Notes: a model not told the origin generated them from the letters alone. DNA of 63,614 nucleotides, filler included, from Octopus bimaculoides (GCF_001194135.2; 8 parts of 7 records of this genome joined end to end with filler, not necessarily neighbours in it); one strand, 5' to 3'. Positions 49,951-62,327 are shown, numbered from the whole stretch's first letter. Numbers and translations: made by a program.

Positions 49951-50714
49951 TTCAACAAACGCATCCTCTATTCTCTTGTGTGAAATTTTGTTGTGTGAAA
50001 TTTTGTTGTGTGCAATTTTAGCATTCAAAACCGCTGCAGTAGTCCGCTTTTGTTTTTGAGAGATGTAGACAAATAAAATGTGGTGGTGTGTGTGGGGGGN
50101 NNNNNNNNNNNNNNNNNNNNNNNNNNNNNNNNNNNNNNNNNNNNNNNNNNNNNNNNNNNNNNNNGGGGGGGGGGGGTTTCTATATGGGTATGTATGCATT
50201 TTTTTCAAATTTGTGTGAATGTGTATAGAATAATACATCAGTTGAATAAAGTTAGAACATGGTCTGGTTTTCACGTTTTTTTTTATTATGGTATTTTAAC
50301 ATTAAAAATATATTTTCTAATGTTGATACAGTTCAATTAGCGCTTTCATACGTCTGTAGTAATCAACAGATTTCAAAATGTATTTAACTGACAGTTGAGT
50401 TCTTGACAATTGTAGTACCTCTTAGAACGCTCCAACAAGCTGAATTTTTGGAATATGGTTTTGACCAATCCGCATAGAGCTTAAATGTCACGGTTTGTCA
50501 GGTGTACCAATACTACTGACATAGATACCGCCTTTATTTTAACCAATTAGCTTGTGGTTTACATGTAATTGTTTTATGAGTGAGCAAACTTAGCTGGTTT
50601 CGATCGTTTTTATTTCAGTTGGTGGGAGTTTTCTGTAATTTGTTTATATTCATATGTTAAAGATATTTTTTAATCTACATCATTAACTGGTTGTTATATT
50701 ATTGCTGTTATTTC

Positions 50715-51548
50715 CGTTCAGAACAGGTTTGAACATTTAATAAACCGTTTTTCTTTTATCTTTCTTCCAACCTCACTTGTGTCATGTAGTTTGTAGAAAG
50801 GAAAAATTAGAAACATTTTTTTCTGACTACGTGTTTCTATATGTTCGCTCAATGGAATTTGGCGAATATTGATGTCCTGGATTTGTTGTCTATGGACTCG
50901 TGAACGTTCCGGTAATGCATTCCCTGTCTCGCCTATATATAGTTCCTCGCAATTTGAGCACTTAATGCAGTAGATCAAATTTCTGCTTTTGCAGTTCATA
51001 TCTGCATTTGTGAATATCTGTCCATTTTTTTGTTCTAATGGACCTGCCAGTAAGCATGTATTCACACGTTCCTCATCTGTTATCATTACACTTGGATATT
51101 GTGAATGTTTTATCCTGTTTGTTCATGTCGAATTTTGCCTTTAATTCTTTCTTTAGATTATGTGGTTGCCCTTTGCTTAAGGTAAGTGTTTAATTAGTTA
51201 TTGTTTTTTTTGTTTTTTTAATTTTTCACTTTGTTTTCTGATTGGAAAATTTGTTTTGATGATGTTAAAAATGTTTTGGTGATGCAGATTGTGTTACTAG
51301 AAATGGTATTGTGTTCTGTTGATGGGTTCGTCTTTTTCATGTTGCATAAGTTGTTCTATAGTTATCTCTTTTACTCGTTATATTCTATTTTCTATAAGTA
51401 GGAGTGGATAATTTTGCTTGAGCAGAAATCTTTTCAGTTCTATAAGTTATGTGTTCTTGGTATTTGGATCATCTACTATAGTACAAATTTTCCTGGCTAG
51501 ATAGTATGGGATGTTGCGTTTTGTGTATGTTAGGTGGCACGATTTGAA
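50715..51548 (-). mobile_element. Penelope-like element fragment (RT C-terminus plus GIY-YIG), copy 2
   Basis: SCHLTYTKRNIPYYLARKICTIV...KQNYP, then NCKSRNLIYCIKCSNCEELYIGETG...RVHRQQI...LSEHI. Confidence 0.88.
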
Positions 51549-54308
51549 ATTTAGGCAATGGTGTGTATCTGTGCTTTTGTGATAAATATCAATTTATGTG
51601 AATATATATATGCATATATATATATATATATATATANNNNNNNNNNNNNNNNNNNNNNNNNNNNNNNNNNNNNNNNNNNNNNNNNNNNNNNNNNNNNNNN
51701 NNNNNNNNNNNNNNNNNNNNNNNNNNNNNNNNNNNNNNNNNNNNNNNNNNNNNNNNNNNNNNNNNNNNNNNNNNNNNNNNNNNNNNNNNNNNNNNNNNNN
51801 NNNNNNNNNNNNNNNNNNNNNNNNNNNNNNNNNNNNNNNNNNNNNNNNNNNNNNNNNNNNNNNNNNNNNNNNNNNNNNNNNNNNNNNNNNNNNNNNNNNN
51901 NNNNNNNNNNNNNNNNNNNNNNNNNNNNNNNNNNNNNNNNNNNNNNNNNNNNNNNNNNNNNNNNNNNNNNNNNNNNNNNNNNNNNNNNNNNNNNNNNNNN
52001 NNNNNNNNNNNNNNNNNNNNNNNNNNNNNNNNNNNNNNNNNNNNNNNNNNNNNNNNNNNNNNNNNNNNNNNNNNNNNNNNNNNNNNNNNNNNNNNNNNNN
52101 NNNNNNNNNNNNNNNNNNNNNNNNNNNNNNNNNNNNNNNNNNNNNNNNNNNNNNNNNNNNNNNNNNNNNNNNNNNNNNNNNNNNNNNNNNNNNNNNNNNN
52201 NNNNNNNNNNNNNNNNNNNNNNNNNNNNNNNNNNNNNNNNNNNNNNNNNNNNNNNNNNNNNNNNNNNNNNNNNNNNNNNNNNNNNNNNNNNNNNNNNNNN
52301 NNNNNNNNNNNNNNNNNNNNNNNNNNNNNNNNNNNNNNNNNNNNNNNNNNNNNNNNNNNNNNNNNNNNNNNNNNNNNNNNNNNNNNNNNNNNNNNNNNNN
52401 NNNNNNNNNNNNNNNNNNNNNNNNNNNNNNNNNNNNNNNNNNNNNNNNNNNNNNNNNNNNNNNNNNNNNNNNNNNNNNNNNNNNNNNNNNNNNNNNNNNN
52501 NNNNNNNNNNNNNNNNNNNNNNNNNNNNNNNNNNNNNNNNNNNNNNNNNNNNNNNNNNNNNNNNNNNNNNNNNNNNNNNNNNNNNNNNNNNNNNNNNNNA
52601 TATATATATATATATACTTGAGATCATATGTACGTATGTATGTATGTATCTTTGTAAATCAAAGTAATAAGATCCAACGACCTTGGTAAAACAGTTGGTT
52701 AGCCTCTAGTATATGTAGAGAAAACACGAAGGAAACAATAATCGATTAATGAAGTTTAATATTCCCTATATCAAATACACATTGTCCAGTATTAAAATTA
52801 TAAAGTAAACTTGATCAGATGACAGATACTATACAACTCGAGGACGAAAGCAGCTTACGTTGCATAGTAGGCGATAATTAAATGAGTGAGTGAAAGTATT
52901 GAAAGAAGCAGTTATGCACTACATATGTTTCAAAAAAGCATGGAATCTTCATTATGTAACATTAAAGCGGTTATCTCTTTTATCTTTATTTGTTTCAATC
53001 ATGATACTAAGGCAATGCTAAGGCAATGCTAAAGCAACACCTGGAAGGTCTATTGAAATAAGGAAGTTACATCAAATGATATTTTAAAAGCGCTTAACAC
53101 CTACGTTTCAGATCATTGCGCTATATATCATAGAAAATACATACCTCACGTAACGCCTGGGTACACTGCAGGATGAAAATTAAGACCTGTCAAAGGGCGA
53201 AGAGCTCATGAGTTGTCAATGGCCATCCATCAATATGTGTGCATGTGTATGTATACATGCATGTATGCGCGGGATCGGGGAAATACCTGGGTTGGTGTTC
53301 AGGCTTGCGGTTAGCTCAGTGGGTGTGGGAGGCCCCTCTGTTGTTGTCACAACATCTCTCTAGGACAGAGAAACTCTGAGAGAAAACCTGTGACATTGAG
53401 AATATTCGATGATGTTGACTAGTTCTTCTTTTCGAGTTTATGTTGTCCATGTTCATAGAGTGGGATTGGCTTTGTGCAAATCCTTTCCCCACTATTAAAA
53501 AAAATCATTATGCACAGGCATCGTCTGGAAAAATAAATGTAAGCTCTATTACAAAAATGGCTGGTCGCAGCCTTCGCATGTGTGAAACTTTCGATCAGGC
53601 GGTAGCAATACTCATACACGAGTTTGCAGCCGTCATGTATGTATGTATGTATGTGTATCGGCATGATGTTTGCTTTTCGAACGAAATCGCATGCAATCAA
53701 TTTTCGATGCTTCATTTGCCACTCTCAGCATCATAATTACAATGAAACAGATCCTTGGTTCGCCCAATAGACGACCGTTAATTATATTGCAATTATATCA
53801 GCAGAGTAAATACAGCGCTTAATATTATATATTTTTTTTTATTCTCAAAGCAAACATACCTCAATTGATTAACAATTAAAAAGAGATTCAAAGGTGACAT
53901 TAACGTCATAATTATTCTATACATGCATGACAAACAAATCAAAATCATTTTTGATAATAGAATCACAAAAATTTCCAGTAAAAAGATAAAACTATTATAT
54001 AAATTAATGAAGAAACATACGAAAAAGTATGAGTAATGGATCTTAAATAATTTAGTTGTTCGCTTATTTTTTATATGTATGTATATATGTATGTATGTAT
54101 TTATATGTAATTTATGTATGTTTGTATGTACATATGTATGTATATGTGTATACATGAATGTATGTGTGCATGTATAAAGATAAATGTAGTTATGTATGTA
54201 TATGTATGCATGTATGTATGCATGCAAGTATGTATGTATGTATGTATGTATTATGTATGTGTGTGTGTATGTATGCACGCGTCTATGTCTGGATGGTTCG
54301 ATGGATGA

Positions 54309-54349
<41 letters not shown>

Positions 54350-54924
54350 NNNNNNNNNNNNNNNNNNNNNNNNNNNNNNNNNNNNNNNNNNNNNNNNNNN
54401 NNNNNNNNNNNNNNNNNNNNNNNNNNNNNNNNNNNNNNNNNNNNNNNNNNNNNNNNNNNNNNNNNNNNNNNNNNNNNNNNNNNNNNNNNNNNNNNNNNNN
54501 NNNNNNNNNNNNNNNNNNNNNNNNNNNNNNNNNNNNNNNNNNNNNNNNNNNNNNNNNNNNNNNNNNNNNNNNNNNNNNNNNNNNNNNNNNNNNNNNNNNN
54601 NNNNNNNNNNNNNNNNNNNNNNNNNNNNNNNNNNNNNNNNNNNNNNNNNNNNNNNNNNNNNNNNNNNNNNNNNNNNNNNNNNNNNNACCTATTGCACGAA
54701 TTTTATTTTTTAACTTTCGTTTTGATCGGCAAATTCAATCTTTGAATAAGGACTTAATAAAAATAACGTTTGTCGATTTATTTATTCTGTGGATAAAATG
54801 TATGAGGATGAATTGAATGACGAGATATTTGGCATAACGATTAATTCAATTGATTATATATATACCTTGCCTGAAATTTAACTGAAGATAAGGTTCCTTC
54901 GCGATTAAATCATCGGGTGATGAA

Positions 54925-55690
54925 AATACCAAGAGATGAAATTACAAGGGATAAAATTACCAGTCGATGAATTTTCCAAGCGATCGCATTACCAGGAGAT
55001 GAAGTTACTAGACGATCTGAACACCAGACGATAAAATTAGCAAGGAATGAAATTGCCAGGAGATGATATTAATGGTGATGTAATTACTGGGCGATGTAAT
55101 TATCAGGTGATATAATTATCAGGTGAGGAAATTATCAGGCGAAGAAATTACCAAGCAATGTAATTACCAGGTGATGAAATTGCCAGTCTATGAAATTAAA
55201 GGCGACGTAATTACCAGGTGATGTAATTACCAGGTGATGTAATTACCAGGTGATGTAATTACCAGGTGATGTAATTACCAGGTGATGTAATTACCAGGTG
55301 ATGTAATTACCAGACAAGAAAATTACCAAGTAATGTCATTACCATGTGATGAAACTGTCCGGTGATCAAATTAAAAAAGGTGAAACAATTACCAGGCAAT
55401 GTAGTTACAGCTGATATAATTACCTGGCGATGAAATTACCAGGCGATGAAATTACCAGGCGATGAAATTACCAGGTGATGAAATTACCAGGTGATAAATT
55501 ACCAGGTGAGGAAATTACTAGGCGATAAAATTACTTGTTGATAAAATTATCAGGCGATGAATTTAGCTGGTGATGAAATTACCAGGCGATGAAAATTATC
55601 AGGCGATGAAATGATCAGATGTAATTACCAGGTGATCAAATTACAGGTGTTGTATTAATCCTGACGAAATTACTGGCGATGAACTTACAG
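54925..55690. repeat. 16-bp minisatellite, consensus GATG(T/A)AATTACCAGG(T/C), roughly 45 units
   Basis: Six perfect GTAATTACCAGGTGAT units at 55207-55302, with increasingly diverged units towards both edges. Confidence 0.95.
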
Positions 55691-56014
55691 TGGAAACTTA
55701 CTATCAACAACCTTGTTGTTCACCAGTTATAATATAGGTAAAAAAAAAAAACGTCTAGAAAGGGTTTTATACATGCGTAGATGAACGCTGCAGAGCCCAT
55801 TTGATGGCATTCTAGACCCCTGGATAAAGCAATACAGTGGAGCTCCAATACACTTAATCCCTATGCTTACTAAAACATACATAGGATCCATTGACTTGTG
55901 CGGCACCCGGGCAACCGCCAGTGTATCCATACCCTAAGACGGCACTGTATAATATTGTTGTTAAGAATCGTTTACAGCGTCAGATAAAATTATTTGCTGT
56001 ATTTAACACGGATT

Positions 56015-56165
56015 TTTACGTACTGAGTTCAAATCCCGCCGGGGGTCAACTTTACCCTTCATCCCTTTGAGATCGATAATATAAAGGCCCGGTTAAGTAC
56101 AGTATTCGATGGTATAGACTTCTCTCCCCACCTCAAAATCGCTGGCTTTGTAACCAAGTCAGAAA
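56015..56165 (+). mobile_element. SINE family A partial copy
   Basis: ctgagttcaaatcccgccggggtcaactttacccttcatccc...gctggctttgtaaccaagtcagaaacc. Confidence 0.7.
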
Positions 56166-56899
56166 CCATTACTTCTGTTTTTGTTATTTGGTTTTATGTC
56201 AGCTCTCATCAAGCAGATTAGTCGTGAAAAACGGTCTAACCATGACCATACCATTTATTTTCAGCTGTCTTACATCAAGAAGTACACAAAACAATGTCTC
56301 CTATTTCTTTAAAAGATGGTAGTGAAATTTAAAAGATATTTGGCTGCTATTTCTAGCAAGCCTATTGACAACCAGGAGTTTCCCTCATTGGCTCCTGCCG
56401 TTGTCGTTGTTTAGCCCTAGATCAGAATTATGAACAAGGACATTCCAGCCATGACTAATCCATTCATTTTATGGATATTTAGGACTATATTACACAGCGC
56501 GTTCCTTTCCTTTCTCAGTATAGTAGGATGTGCTCTGAGGCTGTTTTGGCTTCTGTTTCTGCCAGATCGAACCACCGTTTAGAGGCTCCGACGTTGGCCC
56601 ATGTATACCAAGATAAAATTAGATATGTGGTACCCACCTCCTATTAAAAGCTTGAATCTGGGAGGAGGTGAGATCAGTATTGCAAACTAACAAAACACTT
56701 CTCAATTTTACAGTGCTGCCACTACTTACGAAAAATTAGTCTCTTCAGTATCACCTACATACAGCAAGAGAAAATGAACTGTCTATAGCTGTATCATGGC
56801 CGTGAACGCCAGTCAATGTGTTGGTGGTGCTGCTAATTACAACGATCACTTAGTCTCTTCAGTGGTAACAACTTACAACTATGCAGACTGGACCAATTA

Positions 56900-57860
56900 T
56901 TGACTTTGGCACAAGGCCAGCAATTTCGGGAAAGCAGTTAAGTCGATTACATTGACCCCAGTGCTCAACTGGTACTTATTTCAATCGATCCCGAAAGGAT
57001 GAAGGGCAAAGTCGACATCGGCTGAATTTGAAATTCAGAACGTAAAGACGGACGAAATGCTGTTAAGCATTTTGAGACTAGACTAATTATCAAAACAGTT
57101 AAATGTATTTGCTATAGAGTAACCATCTATTATCTGTTTATTCGCTACTTTATCGATTTGACCATGTTTGCTTTCTGTTTAGTTCTATCGCGAAATGAAA
57201 GTAGAAATTCGCTATGCTTATTTCCCCCGTAGTCAATCTGCTTCGTGTGTAAGGGAGAAATTCCGCTCGTCAGAACATCCATCCGCTACTACCGTCCAAC
57301 GTCATTTCCCTGAAAGCAGCACGCTTCTTGTGGAAGGGGTGTGTTACCCTGCTACAACCATCATATGTCTGGAGTACCAGGGATACAGATTCCTATAATG
57401 CAGATGTATAATAGCTTCAAATTTTGGCACAAGGCCAGCAATTTCGGAGACAGAGTAAATCAATTAAATCGACCCTAGTGCTCAGACGGTACTTATTTTA
57501 TTGACCCCGAAAGGCGAAGTCCACTTCCACGGAATTTGAACTCAGAAAGTAAGGACAGACGAAATGCTGCTAAGCATTTTGTCCGGCACGCTAACGAATC
57601 TACTACCTTATGCAGGTATATAGTGATTTCAACTTTTGGCACAAGGCCAGCAATTTCGGGAGAGGAGGTAAGAAAGTCAATTACATCGAACCCAGTGCTT
57701 AATTGGTACTTGTTTATCGACCCCGAAAGTATGAAAGGTGAAGCCAACCTCCGCAGAATTTGAATTCAGAACGTAAAGACGGATCGGACGAAACGACGCC
57801 AAACATTTTGCCCGACCAGCTAACGATTCTGGCAGCTCGCTGCCTTTATGCAGGTATATA
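56900..57860 (-). mobile_element. Cluster of three minus-strand SINE family A copies (about 56900-57075, 57415-57608, 57628-57847)
   Basis: Each begins (+ strand) ttttggcacaaggccagcaatttcgg and carries ctggtacttattt...gaccccgaaagg...gaatttgaa.tcagaa.gtaa.gac. Confidence 0.9.
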
Positions 57861-58071
57861 ATTAAAGTGCTTTATCTATAGACAGTGTCAGATGTGGTCA
57901 TCTTTTGTCAAGCACGTTTTCCAGCATCACTTCTTTTTCCTTTCACGGAGCTAAAATTTATGACATAGTTTAGTCCCATACTTGACATCCGACATCTGGA
58001 ATGTTATCGGACGCCGACAATTCACAACTAGTTAGGCAATGTAGATATTGTAATATCAAACTTTGCATTAA

Positions 58072-58495
58072 GGCGGCGAGCTGGCAGAAACGTTAGCACG
58101 CCGGGCGAAATGCTTAGCGGTATTTCGTCTGTCTTTACGTTCTGAGTTCAAATTCCGCCGAGGTCGACTTTGCCTTTCATCTTTTCGGGGTCGATTAAAT
58201 AAGTACCGGCTACGCACTGGAGTCGATATAATCGACTTAATCCGTTTGTCTCTCCTCGTTTGTCCCTTCTGTGTGTAGCCCCTTGTGGGCAGTAAAAAAT
58301 AAGAAACGTTAGCACGCCGTGCGAAATGCTTAGCGATATTTTGTCTGTCTTTACGTTCTGAGTTCAAATTCCACCGAAGTCGACTTTGTTTTTCTTCCTT
58401 TCGGGGTCGATAAATTAAGTACCAGTTACGTACTTGGGTCGATCTAATCGACTGGCCCCCCTCCCCCAAAATATCGGGCCTTGTGGCTTGAGTAG
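58072..58495 (+). mobile_element. Head-to-tail SINE family A dimer
   Basis: A full copy from GGCGGCGAGCTGGCAGAAACG, with tail ...gggcagtaaaaaataagaaac, fuses into a second copy starting cgttagcacgcc near 58306. Confidence 0.9.
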
Positions 58496-58687
58496 AAAAT
58501 CTATCAACCTTTGCATTTTATAAAGAAGTGTTGATGAGTGCATTTTATAAAGGCGTGTTCTGGCGAGGGGATGAGGTTACTGAGAATCGATTGGGATCAA
58601 TTAATGACTCTCTTCCGCTTAGGGATTATGGGTATTTTCAAATTCTTGTCTGACATCTCTGGTTCTGGAGAAACTCAAAGGACATAA

Positions 58688-58918
58688 CCGAACCTTTCCC
58701 AGATGCACGAAGATCGACAGAAGTAACTCAACAGACGTGATAGTACTGTTAGCCGAACCTTTCGGAGATTCACGGAGATCGACGAAAGTAACTCAATAGG
58801 CATGACATTGCCGTTTGCCGAACGTTTCCGAGATTTACGAAAATCGGCAAAAGTGACTCAACAGACATGACATTGCCGTCGTCCGGAATTTCCCAGATAC
58901 ACGGAGATCAGTGAAAGT
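58688..58918. repeat. 65-bp tandem repeat, about 3.5 units
   Basis: Units start at 58688, 58753, 58818 and 58883 (CCGAACCTTTCC.AGAT.CACG.AGATCG...AAGTAACTCAA.AG.C.TGA). Confidence 0.9.
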
Positions 58919-59264
58919 GTTCCCCATAAACATCTTCAATGCCTGAAGATTTCTGAGTTGCCTGAAGTTGTAGCAAGCAACAGTTGTTGAATCCAAGATA
59001 TTTGATTATTAACTGGTACCATCACTATGTTCACTTCGTCGCCATTTTTTCTCTTTATTAGTTTTATGCTGATCATTCAATGCGTAAAAATTGTGACCAT
59101 ATAAAGACATGTCTTCACGTAAATTTCAACAAGATTTTGTATTTGGCAGTTATGATTTGTTTTGTTTTTTTTTATGTGTTTTTTAACTGCCGTCAGTTTG
59201 TCATTCTTATTACCATCTAAGGTTAAAAATTTTGTAATTCAAAATCTCACCTTAGCAAAATTTT

Positions 59265-59469
59265 GTTGTTGTTGTTGTTGTTGTTCTTCTTCTTCTTATT
59301 ATTATTATTATTATTATTATTATTCTTTCTCCTCCTTCTTCTACTTCTTTCTTCTCCTTCTTTCCTCTTCTTCTTCTTTTTCTTCTTCTTCTCCTTCTTT
59401 CTTCTTCTTTTTCTTCTTCTTCTTCTTTTTCTTCTTCTTCTTCGTTTTCTTCTTCTTTCTCCTTCTTCT

Positions 59470-59501
<32 letters not shown>

Positions 59502-59827
59502 TTCTCCTTCTTTCTTCTTCTTCTTCTTCTTCTTCTCCTTCTTTCTTCTTCCTCTTCTTCTTCTTTTTCTTCTTCTTCTTCTTCTTTTTCTTCTTCTTCG
59601 TTTTCTTCTTCTTTTTCTTCTTCTTCTTCTTCTCCTTCTTCTTCTCCTTCTTTCTTCTTCTTTTTCTTCTTCTTCTTCTTCTTCTTCTTCGTTTTCTTCT
59701 TCTTTCTCCTCCTTCTCCTTCTTTCTTCTTCTTCTTCTTCTTCTTCTCCTTCTTTCTTCTTCTTCTTCTTCTTTTTCTTCTTCTTCATCTTCTTCTTCGT
59801 TTTCTTCTTCTTCTCCTCCTTCTTTCC

Positions 59828-59859
<32 letters not shown>

Positions 59860-59897
59860 TCCTTTCTTCTTCTTCCTCTTCCTCTTCTTCTTCTCTT

Positions 59898-59930
<33 letters not shown>

Positions 59931-60168
59931 TCCTTTCTTCTTCTTCTTCTTCTTCTTCTTCTTCTCCTCCTTTCTTCTTCTTCTTCTCCTCCTCCTTTCT
60001 TCTTCCTCTTCTTTTTCTTCTTCTTCTTCTTCTTCTTCTTCTTCTTCTTCTTTCTGCTGTTACTGCTGCTGTTGCTTGTTGTTGTTTCTAGTGTTAGTGT
60101 TATTGTTGTCGCTGGTATTACCAACAGCAGCAACATCAAGACTAACAACAACAACAACAGCAACAACA

Positions 60169-60218
<50 letters not shown>

Positions 60219-60220
60219 AA
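59265..60220. repeat. Long degenerate (CTT)n polypyrimidine tract with flanking (GTT)/(ATT)/(ACA)/(ACT) runs
   Basis: About 700 bp almost purely C/T on the + strand, with a recurrent marker cgttttcttcttc; it produces the spurious 305-368 aa ORFs. Confidence 0.95.
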
Positions 60221-61211
60221 AGCAACAGAGAAACCGAAGAAACAACAATAACATCTTCGAGTGTTTAAATTCGTTTACATTCTTCGGTTTCGCGCGCTTC
60301 CATACTTGTTCTCTTATACTTCTGTCTCATTTGTCATCTTTTTTTTTTCTTTACCAAGGTCCAGGATAGCATTTGAGCTCACCACTAAAGGATCATACGA
60401 CCTTTTTTTCTTTTTAAAGCTCCGCAATGCTGTAGTTACTCATGGTATATGATCACAGCTAGTTAAACAACGATAAAAAATTTTAATATATCAGCCTCTG
60501 TAACACAGTAAAACACCAATAGCGAAATACGAATCGCTGACTTCTTTATGATCGCCACTACATCACGCAATCGTCAACTGCATTTTGCCAGGCTCTCCTT
60601 CGTAATGTTAAAACCGTGGCTTGTTTTGCTCGAAATATTAAAAAAGAACATTTCTAAAAAAGTTACAAGGAAGTGAATAGGAAAATCTAATTTCACGAGT
60701 CGAGTTTATGCGTTAATTAGTTTATTCAAACTACTGGCGTATAAATGGCTTTTCTACTTGTACCAGTTCCAACTGACAACGTCACCAGAAAATGGCGGAT
60801 TTTCAACATCTTCATATTTACGTATATATATGAATGCGTTAGAGGACACGCGTGTGTATAGACACAGACACACAGATATGCGCACGGCTTCATGCACACG
60901 ATACTCTCAAATTCATATTTATGAGTAAATGTATGTATATGCGTTCGCTTATGTACTTACGTGCGTGTGTGTGTGTGTATTTGTACGTATTTGTGTGTAT
61001 GTATATGTTATGTGTGTGCATGTTGTATGTACGTGTGTCTGTGTATATATGCATGCATATGCCTATTGTATGTATGCATGTTTGCATATATATCTATATA
61101 TATATATATATNNNNNNNNNNNNNNNNNNNNNNNNNNNNNNNNNNNNNNNNNNNNTTAATTAATTAANNNNNNNNNNNNNNNNNNNNNNNNNNNNNNNNN
61201 NNNNNNNNNNN

Positions 61212-61255
<44 letters not shown>

Positions 61256-61549
61256 CACAAATACACACACATCCACACACTAGGAGATGTTGTGGACGTC
61301 GAGACTGGATGATGGGATAAGGACATTGGGTCCAACGTTGAAGTCACAAGGAGACCTTGGACTTTTAGCAATTTTAACAGTTCTTCGAGTTTTAATACTG
61401 CTAAGTTATGGTTTAAAGAACCGATTTCCTTCGTGACACCTTACGAGGACAAATGTTTTCAACAATCAATAACAATTAACGAAAACAAAACAAAATAGAA
61501 AGAAACGTAACTATTTGTTCATTTAAATGGAAAATTTATTGGTTTCCAA

Positions 61550-61735
61550 TTGTGGGATAAGGTCAATAAGTTCGAAGGAGTAACTAAGTCAATTACATCG
61601 CCCCCAGTGCTCAACTGGTACTTATTTCATTGACCCCAATGGATGAAAGGCAAAGTCGATTTGGAATTCAAAACATAAAGGCAAACAAAATGCGGCAAAG
61701 CATTTGAGCCGGAGGGGCTGAACGTTTCCGCCAAA
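61550..61735 (-). mobile_element. SINE family A copy (diverged)
   Basis: aagtcaattacatcgcccccagtgctcaactggtacttatttcattgacccc...ggcaaagtcgat. Confidence 0.75.
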
Positions 61736-61862
61736 CTCAAATCGATAATTTATGGAAACATTCAGTGCATTCACAAGAATTACTTTAGTGATTACAACAG
61801 TATAGAAGTGATAAATGCCATAACTGAAATGAATATGCTTTACATTCTTCTTCTTCTTCTTC

Positions 61863-61909
<47 letters not shown>

Positions 61910-61911
61910 GC

Positions 61912-61970
<59 letters not shown>

Positions 61971-62327
61971 GAGTGCCATTGTTATCAAGTGAACTGATAT
62001 TTCGGCATCTAGTGTGCCTTCCACAGGTTCAAAAAATAAACTCGTCAATTTACTTAATTTTTGGTAATATTTTATAGGATTGAGGTAACTCCTCTAGTAG
62101 GTATACAGAAGCAAAAAGAAAAAAAGAAAAAAGAAAGAAATATTGGTTCACTTGATAGCAATGGCACTCTTCCTTTTTTTGCACTTCTTTTGACATGAGT
62201 AAATGAGTATCTTTGCCACGGATTGGCATCCCATTCAGGCGGATTATTGTCATCTAGATCACTTACGGGCCATGGAAACCGGGTAACCGGCCTCATGAAT
62301 TCAAAGATTTTAGGCAGTAAAGTCTAG

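Noticed and set aside
51551-52689. 358-369 aa ORFs (also those at 1138-1722 beyond ~1300, 7619-8415, 10552-11415, 30898-31641, 54158-54816)
   Set aside because: They consist mainly of N-gap translated as X.
55895-55948. hAT-like terminal sequence (reverse complement CAGTGCCGTCTTAGGG...GCCCGGGTGCC)
   Set aside because: Only one end is visible; no partner TIR or 8-bp TSD found.
56715-56870. Two CTGAAGAGACTAA motifs on the minus strand (and one at ~50590-50620) as further hammerheads
   Set aside because: The required GAAA or CUGANGA half and stem I are missing; at most decayed remnants or a local duplication.
59162-60369. 305-368 aa ORFs on both strands
   Set aside because: Translations are homopolymeric F/L/S or K/E/R runs arising from stop-free (CTT)n; no domain content.
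61283-61495. Second Gypsy LTR start (GGAGATGTTGTG, identical to 34122-34133)
   Set aside because: Similarity is limited to 12 bp; no further alignment, clear CA end or TSD.
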